Source: Eledone cirrhosa
Lineage: Eukaryota
DNA: 64,000 nt
Direction: 5' to 3'
NCBI GenBank assembly: GCA_964016885.1
Contig: OZ024741.1
Coordinates: 413,106,001 to 413,170,000 of the forward strand
Below, piece by piece: positions 10,300 to 23,900 of the stretch. A model generated the notes under the pieces. The model made no database searches and had not been told where the DNA came from. It saw nothing but the letters and a program-made list of their open reading frames with translations. The position numbers were made by a program, and so were the translations under genes. Each line of letters starts with the position of its first letter. Positions within the stretch are counted from its first letter, which is position 1.

Positions 10300-10615
10300 G
10301 CAATACTAAAGAAACTGTAAAGGAAGGGGTGAACAACCGAGCCAACACCAGAGCAAAAGACAGCAACGTCGCGAGGAGTACTGAGAAACCTCTCTAATGA
10401 TTTTTGAGGCAAGCCAGCACACTCGTAGCGTTGCCTCGGGTGATGGTGAGGCTAATGCGGCGGAACAAACAAGCGCCCTTGCGAGATTCGCCAGTTACCT
10501 CTATTAGGCGAGCCGTCAGTGAAGAGAGGAACCTCGCAGTCAGCGGCCTGACTCCCCCAAATGTCTCGAAAACCACAGGCTGAAAAATGTAGCTGGCCGA
10601 CAGATCACAGTATTT
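10300..10615 (-). mobile_element. 3' fragment of a CRE-like (restriction-like endonuclease) non-LTR retrotransposon
   Basis: KY..FQPVVFETFGG..FLSSL..LFRRISLTITRGNATSVL matches the FxPxxxETxG..QRISxxxQRGNA C-terminal pattern. Stop at 10394. Confidence 0.75.
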
Positions 10616-11618
10616 GAGGGTCTTACTCCACTCAGCTGTGGATTGTTTATTTAGAGTTGTGTAAATCACATTACAAATTGTTCACAATTCTTTCAGAATG
10701 GAAATATAAACACACATGATAAATACAATTAACTTTTGCTGGGAACCTTACAAAATTTTCAGCCATCCATTCCTGCCTTGAACCTTGTGTGATAGTGTAG
10801 TGTCTTCCTGAAGCACATTAGACCTCCCATTATCACTGTCTATCCAGGACTTAACAACTGTTTCCAGGACTTTAATATAGGCAACCGGCCTTATGGAAAG
10901 AAGTGAGGAGGCATCATATGTCCTTCATTGCTGACAACACCCCAAAACATGACAGTTGCAGGAACCTTTTAGTGCATAACTGTTGGAACTTCAGAAGGGT
11001 CTGCACATAACCATCTGTCATTTATTTTGTTAAATTTCTGATCTTGGTCAAAGTTTGTCACATCTGAGAAAAACCAAATCACTTCATCTTCTGTTGGATT
11101 TTTAAGTTTATTTGAGAGACTTTTAGATCTGATTAAACGATTTTCTTTTGTTTTTTTCTCACATAAATTCACCTTTCCTCATTACATAAGACTTATATCT
11201 GATATCATCGTGGGCAATATTTCTGATTGTTCCTTCTGATACATGGAAATCTTTTACTAGTGACCTCATGGATTTGGGATTGTCATCAACGGTCTACTGA
11301 ACTTGCTGGATAAATTTAGGTGTTCTGGTGATGTCAGAGCATTAGGAATACTTAAGCTCTGATACTGCTGATACATTCCTATCTTCAGTCTCTAACTCCT
11401 TAGGAACTTTGTAGACAAAAAATCTGGCAACTTTTAAAAATCGAGATATCTCTAAATCTATACTCAGCCTTTAAAGCCACAATTATGCTGGCCTTTTCAT
11501 TTCTTGAGTAAGCTGAGTGTCTGCCATTATTGATTTCTGAAAAAAAAAAATGATATAGTTAAGTAAAATGCAGCAATAACCAAAGAAGGGTATGTCCTTA
11601 AATACCTTACGCACCCTA
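10610..11618 (-). mobile_element. Decayed Tc1/mariner-superfamily transposon (maT/DD37D-like)
   Basis: MADTQLTQEMKR.. start at ~11527; WFFSDVTNFDQDQKFNKINDRWL..VPTVMH*KVPATVMFWGVVSNEGHMMPPHF; YIKVLETVVKSW. TIR-like end TAGGGTGCGTAAGGTATTTAAGG abuts TA, with a partial counterpart at 10610-10622. Confidence 0.85.
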
Positions 11619-11648
11619 TATATATATTTACACATATATATTTGTGTG

Positions 11649-11690
<42 letters not shown>

Positions 11691-11734
11691 TATATATGTG
11701 TGTGTGTCTGTGTATTATGTATGTAAATATGTAC

Positions 11735-11766
<32 letters not shown>

Positions 11767-12087
11767 AAAGATGAGTTCCTTTAATTAACATACAATATGT
11801 CTGTTTAATAAACTCTTTTGATCATCGAGATAGATTTTGTCTGTTAAGTCTTTTGATGTTGATACCAATATGGAGGATATTAACACACACACATACATAC
11901 ACACATATACCTACACACATGCCTACACATACACACACACACATACACACATATACACATACACATATACCTACACACATACACAGACACATACACATAC
12001 ACACACACTGCTAGTGTTTTTTTATGTATCTTTTACTATATCTGTTAGTCTGTCTGCCTGTCTGTCTGTTGGTAAATTGTTTTAACC

Positions 12088-12235
12088 ATTTTGGTCCTAA
12101 CTAGGTCTGCCTCCATCAAAGAAAGACCCCAATTTTGGCCCTAACATGGTCCTAGGTCTGCCTCTATCAAACAAAGCCCCTAATTTTGGTCCTAACATGG
12201 TCCTAGGTCGGCCTCTATCAAAGAAAGCCCCCAAT
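12088..12235. repeat. 51-bp minisatellite, 3 copies
   Basis: TTTTGGTCCTAACATGGTCCTAGGTCTGCCTCTATCAAAGAAAGCCCC.. starts at 12088 (shortened), 12133 and 12184. Confidence 0.9.
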
Positions 12236-12299
12236 CTTCCTTATGAAATAAATAATTAATAATCTATATTTAAATTTGAGTAACTTCTGTCATCACACA

Positions 12300-13220
12300 A
12301 TATGTATGTGTGTGTTTGTGTGAATGTATGTGTGTGTTTGTGTAAATGTGTGTGTGAATGTGTGTGTGTGAATGTGTGTTTGTGTGAATGTGTGTGTTTG
12401 TGTGAATGTATGTGTATGTTTGTGTGAATGTGTGTGTGTGTGTGTTTGTGAATATATGTGTATGTTTGTGTGAATGTGTGTGCGTGTTTGTGTGAATGTG
12501 TGTGTGTGTGTGTGTGTAAAAGAAAGGAAGGGGATGGTGAAAACACTATAGAAAAACAGCCTGCTATGCTGTGTGTGAGTGTATGTGTATGGGTGTGTTT
12601 AAATGTTTGTGTATGAGTGTGTTTATGTAAATGTATGTGTGTGTGTTTATATAAATGTGTGCATGTGTGTGTGTTTATGTAAATGTATGTGTGTGTGTGA
12701 ATGTCTGTTAGTGTGTATTTTTGTGTCTGTGTTTGCGCGTTTATATTTATATACCCATATAAATATATGGGTATATATGTACACACATACACACATATAC
12801 ATACACACATGCACATATACACATGGACATACACATACACACATACACATACACACATACACATGTACATACACACATGTACATATACACATACACACAT
12901 ACACATGTACATACACACATGTACATACACATACACACATGTACATACACAGATGTACATACACACATACACATACACACATACACATGTACATACACAC
13001 ATGCACATACACACATGCACATACACACATGCACATACACATACACACATACACATGCACATACACACATGTACATACACACATGTACATACACACATGT
13101 ACATACACACACACACATGTACATACACAGATGTACATACACAGATGTACATACACACATGTACATACACGCATGTACATACACACATGTACATACACAT
13201 GCACACATACACATACACAA
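12300..13220. repeat. TG-rich then CA-rich cryptic microsatellite blocks
   Basis: TGTG(A/T)ATG units at 12300-12740, ACATACACAC(ATGT) units at 12780-13220. Confidence 0.95.
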
Positions 13221-13451
13221 GAGTCAGCATGTTGAAAAAATCCTTGTAATTAATAATTTTAATAAATTTCATAAAAACCCTCCATTAATTAATTAAAATA
13301 GTGTGGGCTTCGTTAGAAATATAGACATTATAGGGCTAAAGGGATTCTATTTAAATTAAAATAATCCAATAATTTTATATAAAGATGTTAAAATACTATC
13401 TTATGAAATAATTAATAATTTTAGTTAATCCCTCAAAATACTTCATTAATT

Positions 13452-13545
13452 TTAACTTTGCCTTTCATCCTTACGGGGTCGATAAAATAAAGTACCAGTA
13501 ATGTACTGGGTAATTGCTGGCCTTGTGCCTAAAATAGAAACAATT
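13452..13545 (+). mobile_element. Short SINE-like fragment
   Basis: Near-identical to 2952-3036; interrupts an AT-rich repeat between ATTAATT and AATTAATT. Confidence 0.65.
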
Positions 13546-13699
13546 AATTAACTAAGAATGTTTCATTAGACATAAATTCATCTGACATAAATAGGTTAAT
13601 ATAAGTCAATAAAACCAATATGATTGATTATCTATCTATAGATTTTAAACATACCACATAGCAATATAATTAATACTTTGACTTGTTTTCACTTTTATT

Positions 13700-13905
13700 T
13701 TTATATATATATATATGGATGTGTATATATATATGTATATATATATATATATGGATGTGTGTATATGTATGTATATATATATATATGGATGTGTGTATAT
13801 GTATGTATATATATATATATATATGGATGTGTGTATATGTATGTATATATATATATATATATGGATGTGTGTATATGTATGTATATATATATCTATATCT
13901 ATATA
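13700..13905. repeat. Minisatellite GGATGTGTGTATATGTATG(TA)n, ~5 units
   Basis: GGATGTGT recurs at 13717, 13753, 13787, 13824 and 13863. Confidence 0.9.
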
Positions 13906-14420
13906 GGTTTCTTGGTGAGGAGGGTGACTTTGGACATCCTGCAGGACTAAAAACAAATCCTGTCAAAGGGCAAAGGAGTTCTTAAGAGTCAATGGCCATC
14001 CAAAATCACCGGGAGAGATGACCCCTTAGCCTTTGTCAGGGCAGAATTCTAGGAGAAGGAAAACTCTGATATAACACCTGCAACCCTGATGGTATCCAAT
14101 GATGTTGACTTGTTCTTCTTTTTGGTAAATATCATCTTGGTTAAGAGAGTGGGACTAGCTTTGTGCAGTGCCTTTGCTCACTATAAAAGCTTCACGGCAC
14201 AGGCATTGCTTTATATCTGGAGGTTTCTCTGCACTTGTCGTCACATGGTACCATGGGCCCAGCACTGTGTATCAATAATTGTCACAAGTGTTGTGTTTGT
14301 ACCAGAGTTTTCAAGTCGCTGGCTGGGCTAAGAAGTCACACTTGTTCAGCGCATCAGTAGGGGTTCTCCTAAATGAATATAAAGTAGTGGCCGTACTCAA
14401 ACGAGTTGGCAGCCACCATA
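13905..14420 (+). mobile_element. Possible LINE 5'-UTR-like fragment
   Basis: GC-richer block between microsatellites containing CTAGGAGAAGGAAAACTCTGA, a motif I recall from LINE 5' regions. No ORF support. Confidence 0.3.
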
Positions 14421-14539
14421 TCTATATATATGTGTATATATACACACACATATATATATGTGTGTATAGATTTTTGTGTTGGGGTGGGGGAGGGGGTGCA
14501 GTGTTTGTTTCTGTATTCCATTTATTAATTTCAATAATT

Positions 14540-14800
14540 AGGCTGCAGCCATGCTGTAGTACTAACTTGAAAGAATTTAGTTGAACATATCAATGCCAGT
14601 ATGCTTTTGCTGGTTTCAGTCATCTGACTGTGGTCATGCTGGGGCACAACCTTGAAGGGATTTACTATATATCAGTTCCTGTATGAGCAAGGCATGGTCA
14701 GCCGACCAGACACTGCCCACAACAGGACAACCCGTGTAACCCATGCTAGCGTGGAAGAACGGACATAAAACGGTGATGATGATGATGATGATGATGATGA
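14540..14800. mobile_element. Decayed SINE fragments followed by an RTE-type tail
   Basis: GCAGCCATGCTG..CTTGAAAG (14545) and GTGGTCATGCTGGGGCACAACCTTGAAGGG (14630); then ACCCATGCTAGCGTGGAAG..(GAT)n at 14739-14800, matching 9819-9865 and the reverse complement of 4015-4061. Confidence 0.6.
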
Positions 14801-14931
14801 TACATATAAGCCAAAAAATATGTGACAAAAAATTCAATGGTAAAATGGGTGGGGAGGGGTTTATATTCAAGGTCAATATTTTGCCAATTTTCATTAACTT
14901 GATATTCTACATAAATGAATTGCTAAAATAT

Positions 14932-17900
14932 TTTCACTTTGGAGGTGAATATTACACCAGTTTCACTTTGGAGGGGAATATTACATCAGTTTCACTTTGG
15001 AGGGGAATATTACACCAGTTTCACTTTGGAGGGGAATATTACACCAGTTTCACTTTGGGGGTGAATATTACACCAGTTTCACTTTGGAGGGGAATATTAC
15101 ACCAGTTTCACTTTGGGGGTGAATATTACACCAGTTTCACTTTGGAGGGGAATATTACACCAGTTTCACTTTGGGGGGGAATATTACACCAGTTTCACTT
15201 TGGAGGGGAATATTACATCAGTTTCACTTTGGAGGGGAATATTACATCAGTTTCACTTTGGAGGGGAATATTACACCAGTTTCACTTTGGGGGTGAATAT
15301 TACACCAGTTTCATTTTGGGGTGAATATTACAGCAGTTTTACTTTGGCGGGGAATATTACACCAGTTAAAATTTGGAGGTGAATATTACACCAGTTTCAC
15401 TTTGGAGGTGAATATTAGACCTGTTTCACTTTGGGGTGAATATTACACCTGTTTCACTTTGGAGGTGAATATTAAACCTGTTTCACTTTGGGGGTTAATA
15501 TTACACTAGTTTCACTTTGTAGGGGAATATTAAACCTGTTTCACTTTGGGGGTTAATATTACACTAGTTTCACTTTGTCGTTGAATATTACACCAGTTTT
15601 ACTTTGGCGGTGAATATTACACCAGTTTCACTTTGGAGCGGAATATTACACCAGTTTCACTTTGGAGGTGAATATTACACCAGTTTCAATTTGAGGGCGA
15701 ATATTACACCAGTTTCACTTTGTAGGGGAATATTAAACCTGTTTCACTTTGGGGGTGAATATTACACCAGTTTCAATTTGAGGGCAAATATTACACCAGT
15801 TTCACTTTGTAGGGGAATATTAAACCTGTTTCACTTTGGGGGTGAATATTACACCAGTTTCACTTTGGAGGTGAATATTAGAGCTGTTTCACTTTGGGGT
15901 GAATATTACACCTGTTTCACTTTGGAGGTGTATATTACACCAGTTTCACTTTGCAGGGGATTATTACACCTGTTTCACTTTGGGGGTGAATGTTACATCT
16001 GTTTCACTTGGAGGGTGGGGGGGGGGGAATATTAACCCTGTTTCACTTTGGGAGGGGGGCACATTACACCAGTTTCACTTTGGTGTTGAATTTTACACCT
16101 GTTTCACTTTGGAGGGGAATATTACACCTGTTTCACTTCGGGGAGTGAATATTACACCTGTTTCACTTTGGTGGGAGGGGGGATATTACACCTGTTTCAC
16201 TTTGGAGGGGAATATTACACCAGTTTCACTTTGGAGGTGAATATTACACCTGTTTCACTTTGGGGGTGAATATTACACCTGTTTCACTTTGGAGGGGATA
16301 ATTACACCTGTTTTGCTTTGCAGGTGAATATTACACCTGTTTTACTTTGGAAGCGGAATATTACACCCGGTTCACTTTGGGGTGGGGATATTACACCTGT
16401 TTCACTTTGCGGGGGAATATTACACCAGTTTCAATTGGGGGAGGGATTTTACACCTCTTTTTAATTGGAGGGGAATATTACACCAGTTTCACTTTGGAGG
16501 GGAATATTACACCAGTTTCACTTTGGGTTTGAATATTACACCTGTTTCACTTTGGAGGGGAATATTACACCAGTTTTAATTTGAGGGTGAATATTACACC
16601 TGTTTCACTTTGAAGGTGAATATTACACCAGTTTCACTTCGGAGGGGAATATTACACCTGTTTCACTTTGGGGGTGAATATTACACCAGTTTCACTTTGG
16701 GGGTTAATATTACACCAGTTTCACTTTGGGGGTGAATATTACACTAGTTTCACTTTGGAGGGGAATATTAAACCTGTTTCACTTTGGGGGTGAATATTAC
16801 ACCAGTTTCACTTTGGAGGTGAATATTACACCTGTTTTACTTTGGAGGGGAATATTACACCTGTTTCACTTTGGAGGGGAAAATTACACCTGTTTCACTT
16901 GAGGGGGGGGGGGGGGATTACACCTGTTTCACTTTGGATGGGAATATTACAACAGTTTCACTTTGGGGGTTAATATTACACCAGTTTCACTTTGGGGGTG
17001 AATATTACACCTGTTTCACCTTGGAGGTGAATATTACACCAGTTTCACTTTGGAGGGGTATATTACACCAGTTTCACTTTGGAGGTGAATATTATACCAG
17101 TTTCAATTTGGGGTTGAATATTACATCAGTTTTACTTTGAAGGGGAATATTAAACCTGTTTCACTTGGGGGGGGGGGGGGGGATATTACACTAGTTTCAC
17201 TTTGGAGGTGAATATTAGAACTGTTTCATTTTGGGGGTGAATATTACACCTGTTTCACTTTGGAGGTGTATATTACACCAGTTTCACTTTGGGGGTGAAT
17301 ATTACACCTGTTTCACTTTGGAAGTGAATATTACACCAGTTTCACTTTGCAGGGGATTATTACACCTGTTTCACTTTGGGGGTGAATGTTACATCTGTTT
17401 CACTTGGGGGGGGGGATATTAACCCTGTTTCACTTTGGGAGGGGGGCACATTACACCAGTTTCACTTTGGGGTTTAATTTTACACCTGTTACACTTTGGG
17501 GGAGAATATTACACCTGTTTCACTTTGGGGGTGAATATTCCACCTGTTTCAATTTGGAGGGGAATATTACACCTGTTTCACTTTGGGGGAGGAATATTAC
17601 ACCAGATTCATTTTCGAGGGGAATATTACACCTATTTCACTTTGGGGGGAATGTTACACCTGTGTCACTTTGCGGGGGAATATTACTCCTCTTTTACTTT
17701 GGAGGGGAATATTACACCTGTTTCACTTTGGGGGTGAATATTACAGCTGTTTCATTTTGGAGGGGAATATTACACCTATTTCACTTGGGGGGGGGGGGGG
17801 ATATTACACCTGTTTCACTTTGGAGGGGAATATTACAGCTGTTTCAATTTGTGGGTGAATATTACACCTCTTTCACTTTGGAGGGGAATATTAAACCTGT

Positions 17901-20900
17901 TTCACTTTGGGGAGGAATATTACACCAGCTTCACTTTGGAGATGAATATTAGACCTGTTTCACTTTGGGGGTGAATATTATACCTGTTTCACTTTGGGGG
18001 AGAATATTACACCTGTTTCACTTTGGGGAGGGGGGATATTACACCTGTTTCATTTTGGGGGTGAATATTACACCAGTTTCACGTTGGGGGTGAATATTAC
18101 ACCAGTTTCACTTTGGGGGTGTATATTACACCTGTTTCACTTTGGAGGTGAATATTACACCAGTTTCACTTTGGAGGGGAATATTACACCTGCTTCACTT
18201 TGGGGGAGGAATATTACACCAGATTCATTTTGAAGGGGAATATTACACCTATTTCACTTAGGGGGGAATGTTACACCTGTGTCACTTTGCGGGGGAATAT
18301 TACACCTCTTTTACTTTGGAGGGGAATATTACACCTGTTTCACTTTGTGGGTGAATATTACAGCTGTTTCATTTTTGAGGGGAATATTACACCTGTTCTA
18401 CTTTGGAGGGGAATATTACACCTGTTTTACTTTGGAGGGGAATATTACACCTATTTCACTTGGGGGAGGGGGGATATTACACCTTTTTCACTTTGGAGGT
18501 GAATATTACACCAGTTTCAATTTGTTGGTGAATATTACACCTCTTTCACTTTGGAGGGGAATATTACACCTGTTTCACTTTGGGGAGGGGGGATATTACA
18601 CCTGTTTCATTTTGGGGGTAAATATTACACCAGTTTCACTTTGGAGGTGAATATTACACCAGTTTTACTTTGGGGGTGAATATTACACCAGTTTTACTTT
18701 GGGGGTGAATATTACACCAGTTTCACTTTGGGGGTGAATATTACACAAGTTTCAAATTGGAGGGGAATATTATACCAGTTTCACTTTGTAGGGGAATATT
18801 ACACCAATTTCACTTTGGGAGTTAAATATTTCACCAGTTTCAATTTGGGGGTGAATATTACAGCAGTGTTCACTTGTGAGGGGAATATTACACCAGTTTC
18901 CATTGGAGGGGGGGATATTACACCTCTTTCATTTTGTAGGTGAATATTACACCTGTTTCACTTTGGGAGGGAGGGGGATATTACACCAGTTTCAATTTGG
19001 AGGTGAATATTACACCTGTTTTACTTTGGAGGGGAATATTACACCTGTTTCACTTTGGAGGTGATTATTACACCTGTTTCACTCTGGAGGGGATTATTAC
19101 ACCTGTTTCACTTGGGGGGGGGGGAATATTACACCTGTTTCACTTTGGAGGTGAATATCACACCAGTTTCACTTTGGAGGTGAATATTACACCTGTTTCA
19201 ATTTGGGGCGAATATTACACCTGTTTCACTTTGGGGATGAATATTACACCTGTTTCACTTTTGCGGGGAGGATATTACACCTGTTTTACTTTGGTGGTGA
19301 ATATTACACATGTTTCACTTTGGTGGTGAATATTACACCTGTTTCACTTTGGAGGGGAATATTACACCTGTTTCACTTTGGAGGGGAATTTTACACCTGT
19401 TTCAGTTTGTGGGGGAATATTACACCTGTTTCACTATGTAGGGGAATATTACACCTGTTTCACTTTGGGGGTGAATATTACACCTGTTTCACTTGGTGGA
19501 GGGGGATATTACACCTGTTTCACTTTGGAGGGGAATTTTACATCTGTTTCAGTTTGCGGGGGAATATTACACCTGTTTCACTTTGGAGGGGAACATTACA
19601 CCTGTTTCACTTTGGATGGTTATATTACACCTCTATCACTTTGGGGAGGAATATGACACGTGTTTAACTTTGGAGGGGAATATTTCACCTGTTTCACCTT
19701 GGGGGGGGATATTAAACCTGTTTCACATGGGGGGGGGCTATATATTATACCTGTTTCACATTGGGATAAATATTACACCTGTTTCACTTTGAAGGGCAAT
19801 ATTACATCTTTTTCACTTTGGGGGTGAATATTACACCTGTTTCACTTTTGGGGGGCGGGATATTACACATGTTTCACTTTGGAGGTGAATATTACACCTG
19901 TTTCACTTTAGAGGGGAATATTACCGCTGTTTCACTTTGGATGGGAGTATTACACCTTTTTCACCTTGGATGGGAATATTACACCTGTTTCACTTTCCGA
20001 GGGAATATTACACCTGTTTCAGCTTGGGGGGGGGGGGGGATATTACACCTTTTTCATTTTGGGGGGAATATTACACCTGTTTCACTTTGGAAGGGAATAT
20101 TACACTTGTTTCACTTTCGAGTGGAATATTACACCAGTTTCACTTTGGAGAGGAATATTACACTAGTTTTACTTTAGGGGTGAATATTACACCAGTTTTA
20201 CTTTGGAGGTGAATATTTCACAAGTTTCACTTTGGAGGGGAATATTACACCAGTTTCAATTGGAGGGGGGATATTACACCTCTTTTATTTTGGATGGGAA
20301 TATTACACCTGTTTCACTTTAGGGGTGAATATTACACCTGTTTCACTTTGGAGGGGAATATTGCACCTGTTTCACTTTGGGCGTGAATATTACACCTGTT
20401 TCACTTTGGGAGGGAGGTTGATATTACACCAGTTTCACTTTGGAGCTGAATATAACACCTGTTTCAGGTTGCAGGGGAATATTACAACAGTTTGTGGGGG
20501 ATATTACAACTGTTTTACTTTTGAGGGCAATATTACACCTCTTTCATTTCGGAGGGGGGGGGGGATATTACACCTGTTTCACTTGGGGGGTGGGGGATAT
20601 TACACCTGTTTCACTTTGGATATGAATATTACACCTTTTTCACTTTGGGGGTGAATTTACACCTGTTTCACTTTGTGGGTGAATATTACACCTGTTTCAC
20701 TTTGGAGGTGAATATTACACCTGTTTCATTTTGGATGGGAATATTACACCTGTTTCATGGAGGGGAGGATATTACACCTATTTCCCTTTGGAGGGGAATT
20801 TTACACTTGTTTCAGTTTGTGGGGGAATATTACACCTCTTTCACTTTGTAGGTGAATATTACACCTGTTTCACTTTGGTGAGTAATATTACACCTGTTTC

Positions 20901-23900
20901 ACTTTGGGGAGGAATATTACACCTGTTTCACTTTGGAGGGGAATATTACACCTGTTTCACTTTGCGGGGGAATATTACACCAGTTTCAATTGGGGGAGGG
21001 GAATATTACTTCTGATTTACTCTGCAGGGGAATAATAAACCAGTTTCACTTTGGGGGTGGATATTACACCTGTTTTACTTTGGGGGTGAATATTACACCT
21101 GTTTCACTTTGAAGGGGAATATTACACCTATTTCACTTTTGGGGGTGAATATTACACCTGTTTCACTTGGGGGGGGATATTACATCTCTTTCACTTTGGC
21201 GGGGAATAATAATCCAGCTTCACTTTAGATATAAATATTACACCGGTTTCACTTTGAGGTTAAATATTACACCTGTTTCACTTTGGAGGGGAATATTACA
21301 CAAGTTTCACTTTGGAGGTGAATATTACACCAGTTTCATTTTGGATGGGAATATTACACCTGTTTCATGGGATGGGGGGGAATATTACAACTCTTTCAAT
21401 TTGGAGGGGAATTTTACACTTGTTTCAGTTTGTGGGGGAATATTACACCTGTTTCACTTTGGAGGGGAATATTACACCTGTTTCACTTTGGGGGGAATAT
21501 TACACCAGTTTCACTTTCTGGGTGAATATTACACTTGTTTCACTTTGGACTGGAATATTACACCTGTTTCACTTTTGGAAGGAATATTACACCTGTTTCA
21601 ATTGGGGTGGGGATATTACACCTGTTTTACTCTGGAGGGGAATATTACACCTGTTTCACTTTGGAGGGGAATTTTACATCTGTTTCAGTTTGTGGGGGAA
21701 TATTACACCTGTTTCACTTTGGGGGTGAAAATTACACCTGTTTCACTTTGGAGGGGAATATTACACCAGTTTCACTTTGGATGGGAATACTAAACCTCTT
21801 TCACTTTGGATGGAAATATTACCTCTTTCACTTTACGGGCTAATATTACACCTGTTTCACTTCGGGGGGAATTTTGCACCTGCTTCACTTTGGAGGGGAA
21901 TATTACACCTATATCACTTTGGGTGGAAATTACACCTCTTTCACTTTGGAGGGGAATATTACACCTGTTTCACTTTGGGGGTGCATATTACACCAGTTTC
22001 AATTTAGGGGTGAATGTTACACCTGTTTCACTTTGGAGGGCAATATTACACCTGTTTCAATTTGGGGGTGAATATTACACCTGTTTCACTTTTGGTGGCT
22101 CGATATTACACCTGTTTCACTTTGGAGGTGAATATTACACCTGTTTCACTTCAGAGGGGAATATTACCGCTGTTTCTCTTTCGATGGGTGTATTACACCT
22201 TTTTCACTTTGGATGGGAATATTACACCTGTTTCACTCTGCGGAGAGAATATTACACCTGTTTCACTTTGGGGGTGAATATTAGCCCAGTGTCACTTTGG
22301 AGGGGAATATTACACCAGTTTCACTTTGGATATGAATATTACACCTGTTTCACTTTTGGGGTGGAATATTACACCTTTTTCACTTTGGAGTGGAATATTA
22401 CACCTGTTTCACTTTGGGGGTGAATATTACACCAATTTCACTTTTGAGGGGAATATTACACCAGTTTCACTTTGTGGGTGAATATTACACCTGTTTCACT
22501 TTCGAGTGGAATATTACACCTGTTTTACTTTGGGGAGGAATATTACACCTGATTCACTTTGGAGGGGAACATTACACCTGTTTCACTTGGAAATATTACA
22601 CCATTTTCAATTGGGGTGGGGGGGACATTACACCTGTTTTACTCTTGAGGGGAATATTACACCTGTTTTACTTTGGAGGGGAATATTACTCCTGGTTCAC
22701 TTTGGAGGTGAATATTACACCTGTTTCACTTTTGGGGGTGAATATTACACCTTTTTCATTTGGGCGGGGGGGGGGGGGGCATATTACACCTGTTTCACTT
22801 TGGAGGATAATTTTACACCAGTATCACTTTGGGGGGAAATTACACCTGTTTCACTTTGGAGGGGAATATTACACCTGTTTCACTTTGGGGGTGCATATTA
22901 CACCAGTTTCAATTTAGGGGTGAATATTACACATGTTTCACTTTGGAGGGGAATATTATACCAGTTTCACATTGGGAGAAATATCACACTAGTTTCACTT
23001 TAAGGGTGAATATTACACCTGTTTCACTTTGGAGGGCAATATTACACCTGTTTCGCCTTGGGGGTGAATATTATACCTGTTTCAGTTTTGGGGGCTCGAT
23101 ATTACACCTGTTTGACTTTGGAGGGGAATATTACACCTGTTTCATTTCAGAGGGGAATATTACCGCTGTTTCACTTTCGATGGGAGTATTACACATTTTT
23201 CACTTTGGATGGGAATATTACACGTTTCACTTTGCGGGGGAATATACACTTGTTTCAGTTTTGTGGGGGGGGGGGGATATTACAACTGTTTCACTTGGGG
23301 GGAATATTACACCTGTTTCACTTTGGAGGAGAATATTACACCTGTTTCACTTTACAGGGGAATATTACACCAGTTTTACTTTGGGTGTGAATATTACACC
23401 AGTTTTACTTTAGGGGTGAATATTACACAAGTTTCAAATTGGAGGGGAATATTATACCAGTTTCACTTTGGAGAGTAATATTACACCAGTTTCACTTTGG
23501 GAGTTAAATATTTCACCAGTTTCAATTTGGGGGTGAATATTACAGCAGTTTCACTTTGGAGGGGAATATTACACCAGTTTCAATTGGAGGGGGGATATTA
23601 CACCTCTTTTATTTTGAAGGGGAATATTACACCTGTTTCACTTTGGGGGAGAATATTACACCTGTTTCACTTTGGAGGGGAATATTGCACCTGTTTCACT
23701 TTGGGGGTGAATATAAACACCTGTTTCACTTTGGGAGGGAGGGGGATATTACACCAGTTTCACTTTGGAGGTGAATATTACACCTGTTTTACTTTGAATG
23801 GGAATATTACACCTGTTTCAGTTTGTGGGGGAATATTACACCTCTTTCACTTTGTAGGGGAATATTACACCTGTTTCACTTTGGCGGTGAATATTACACC

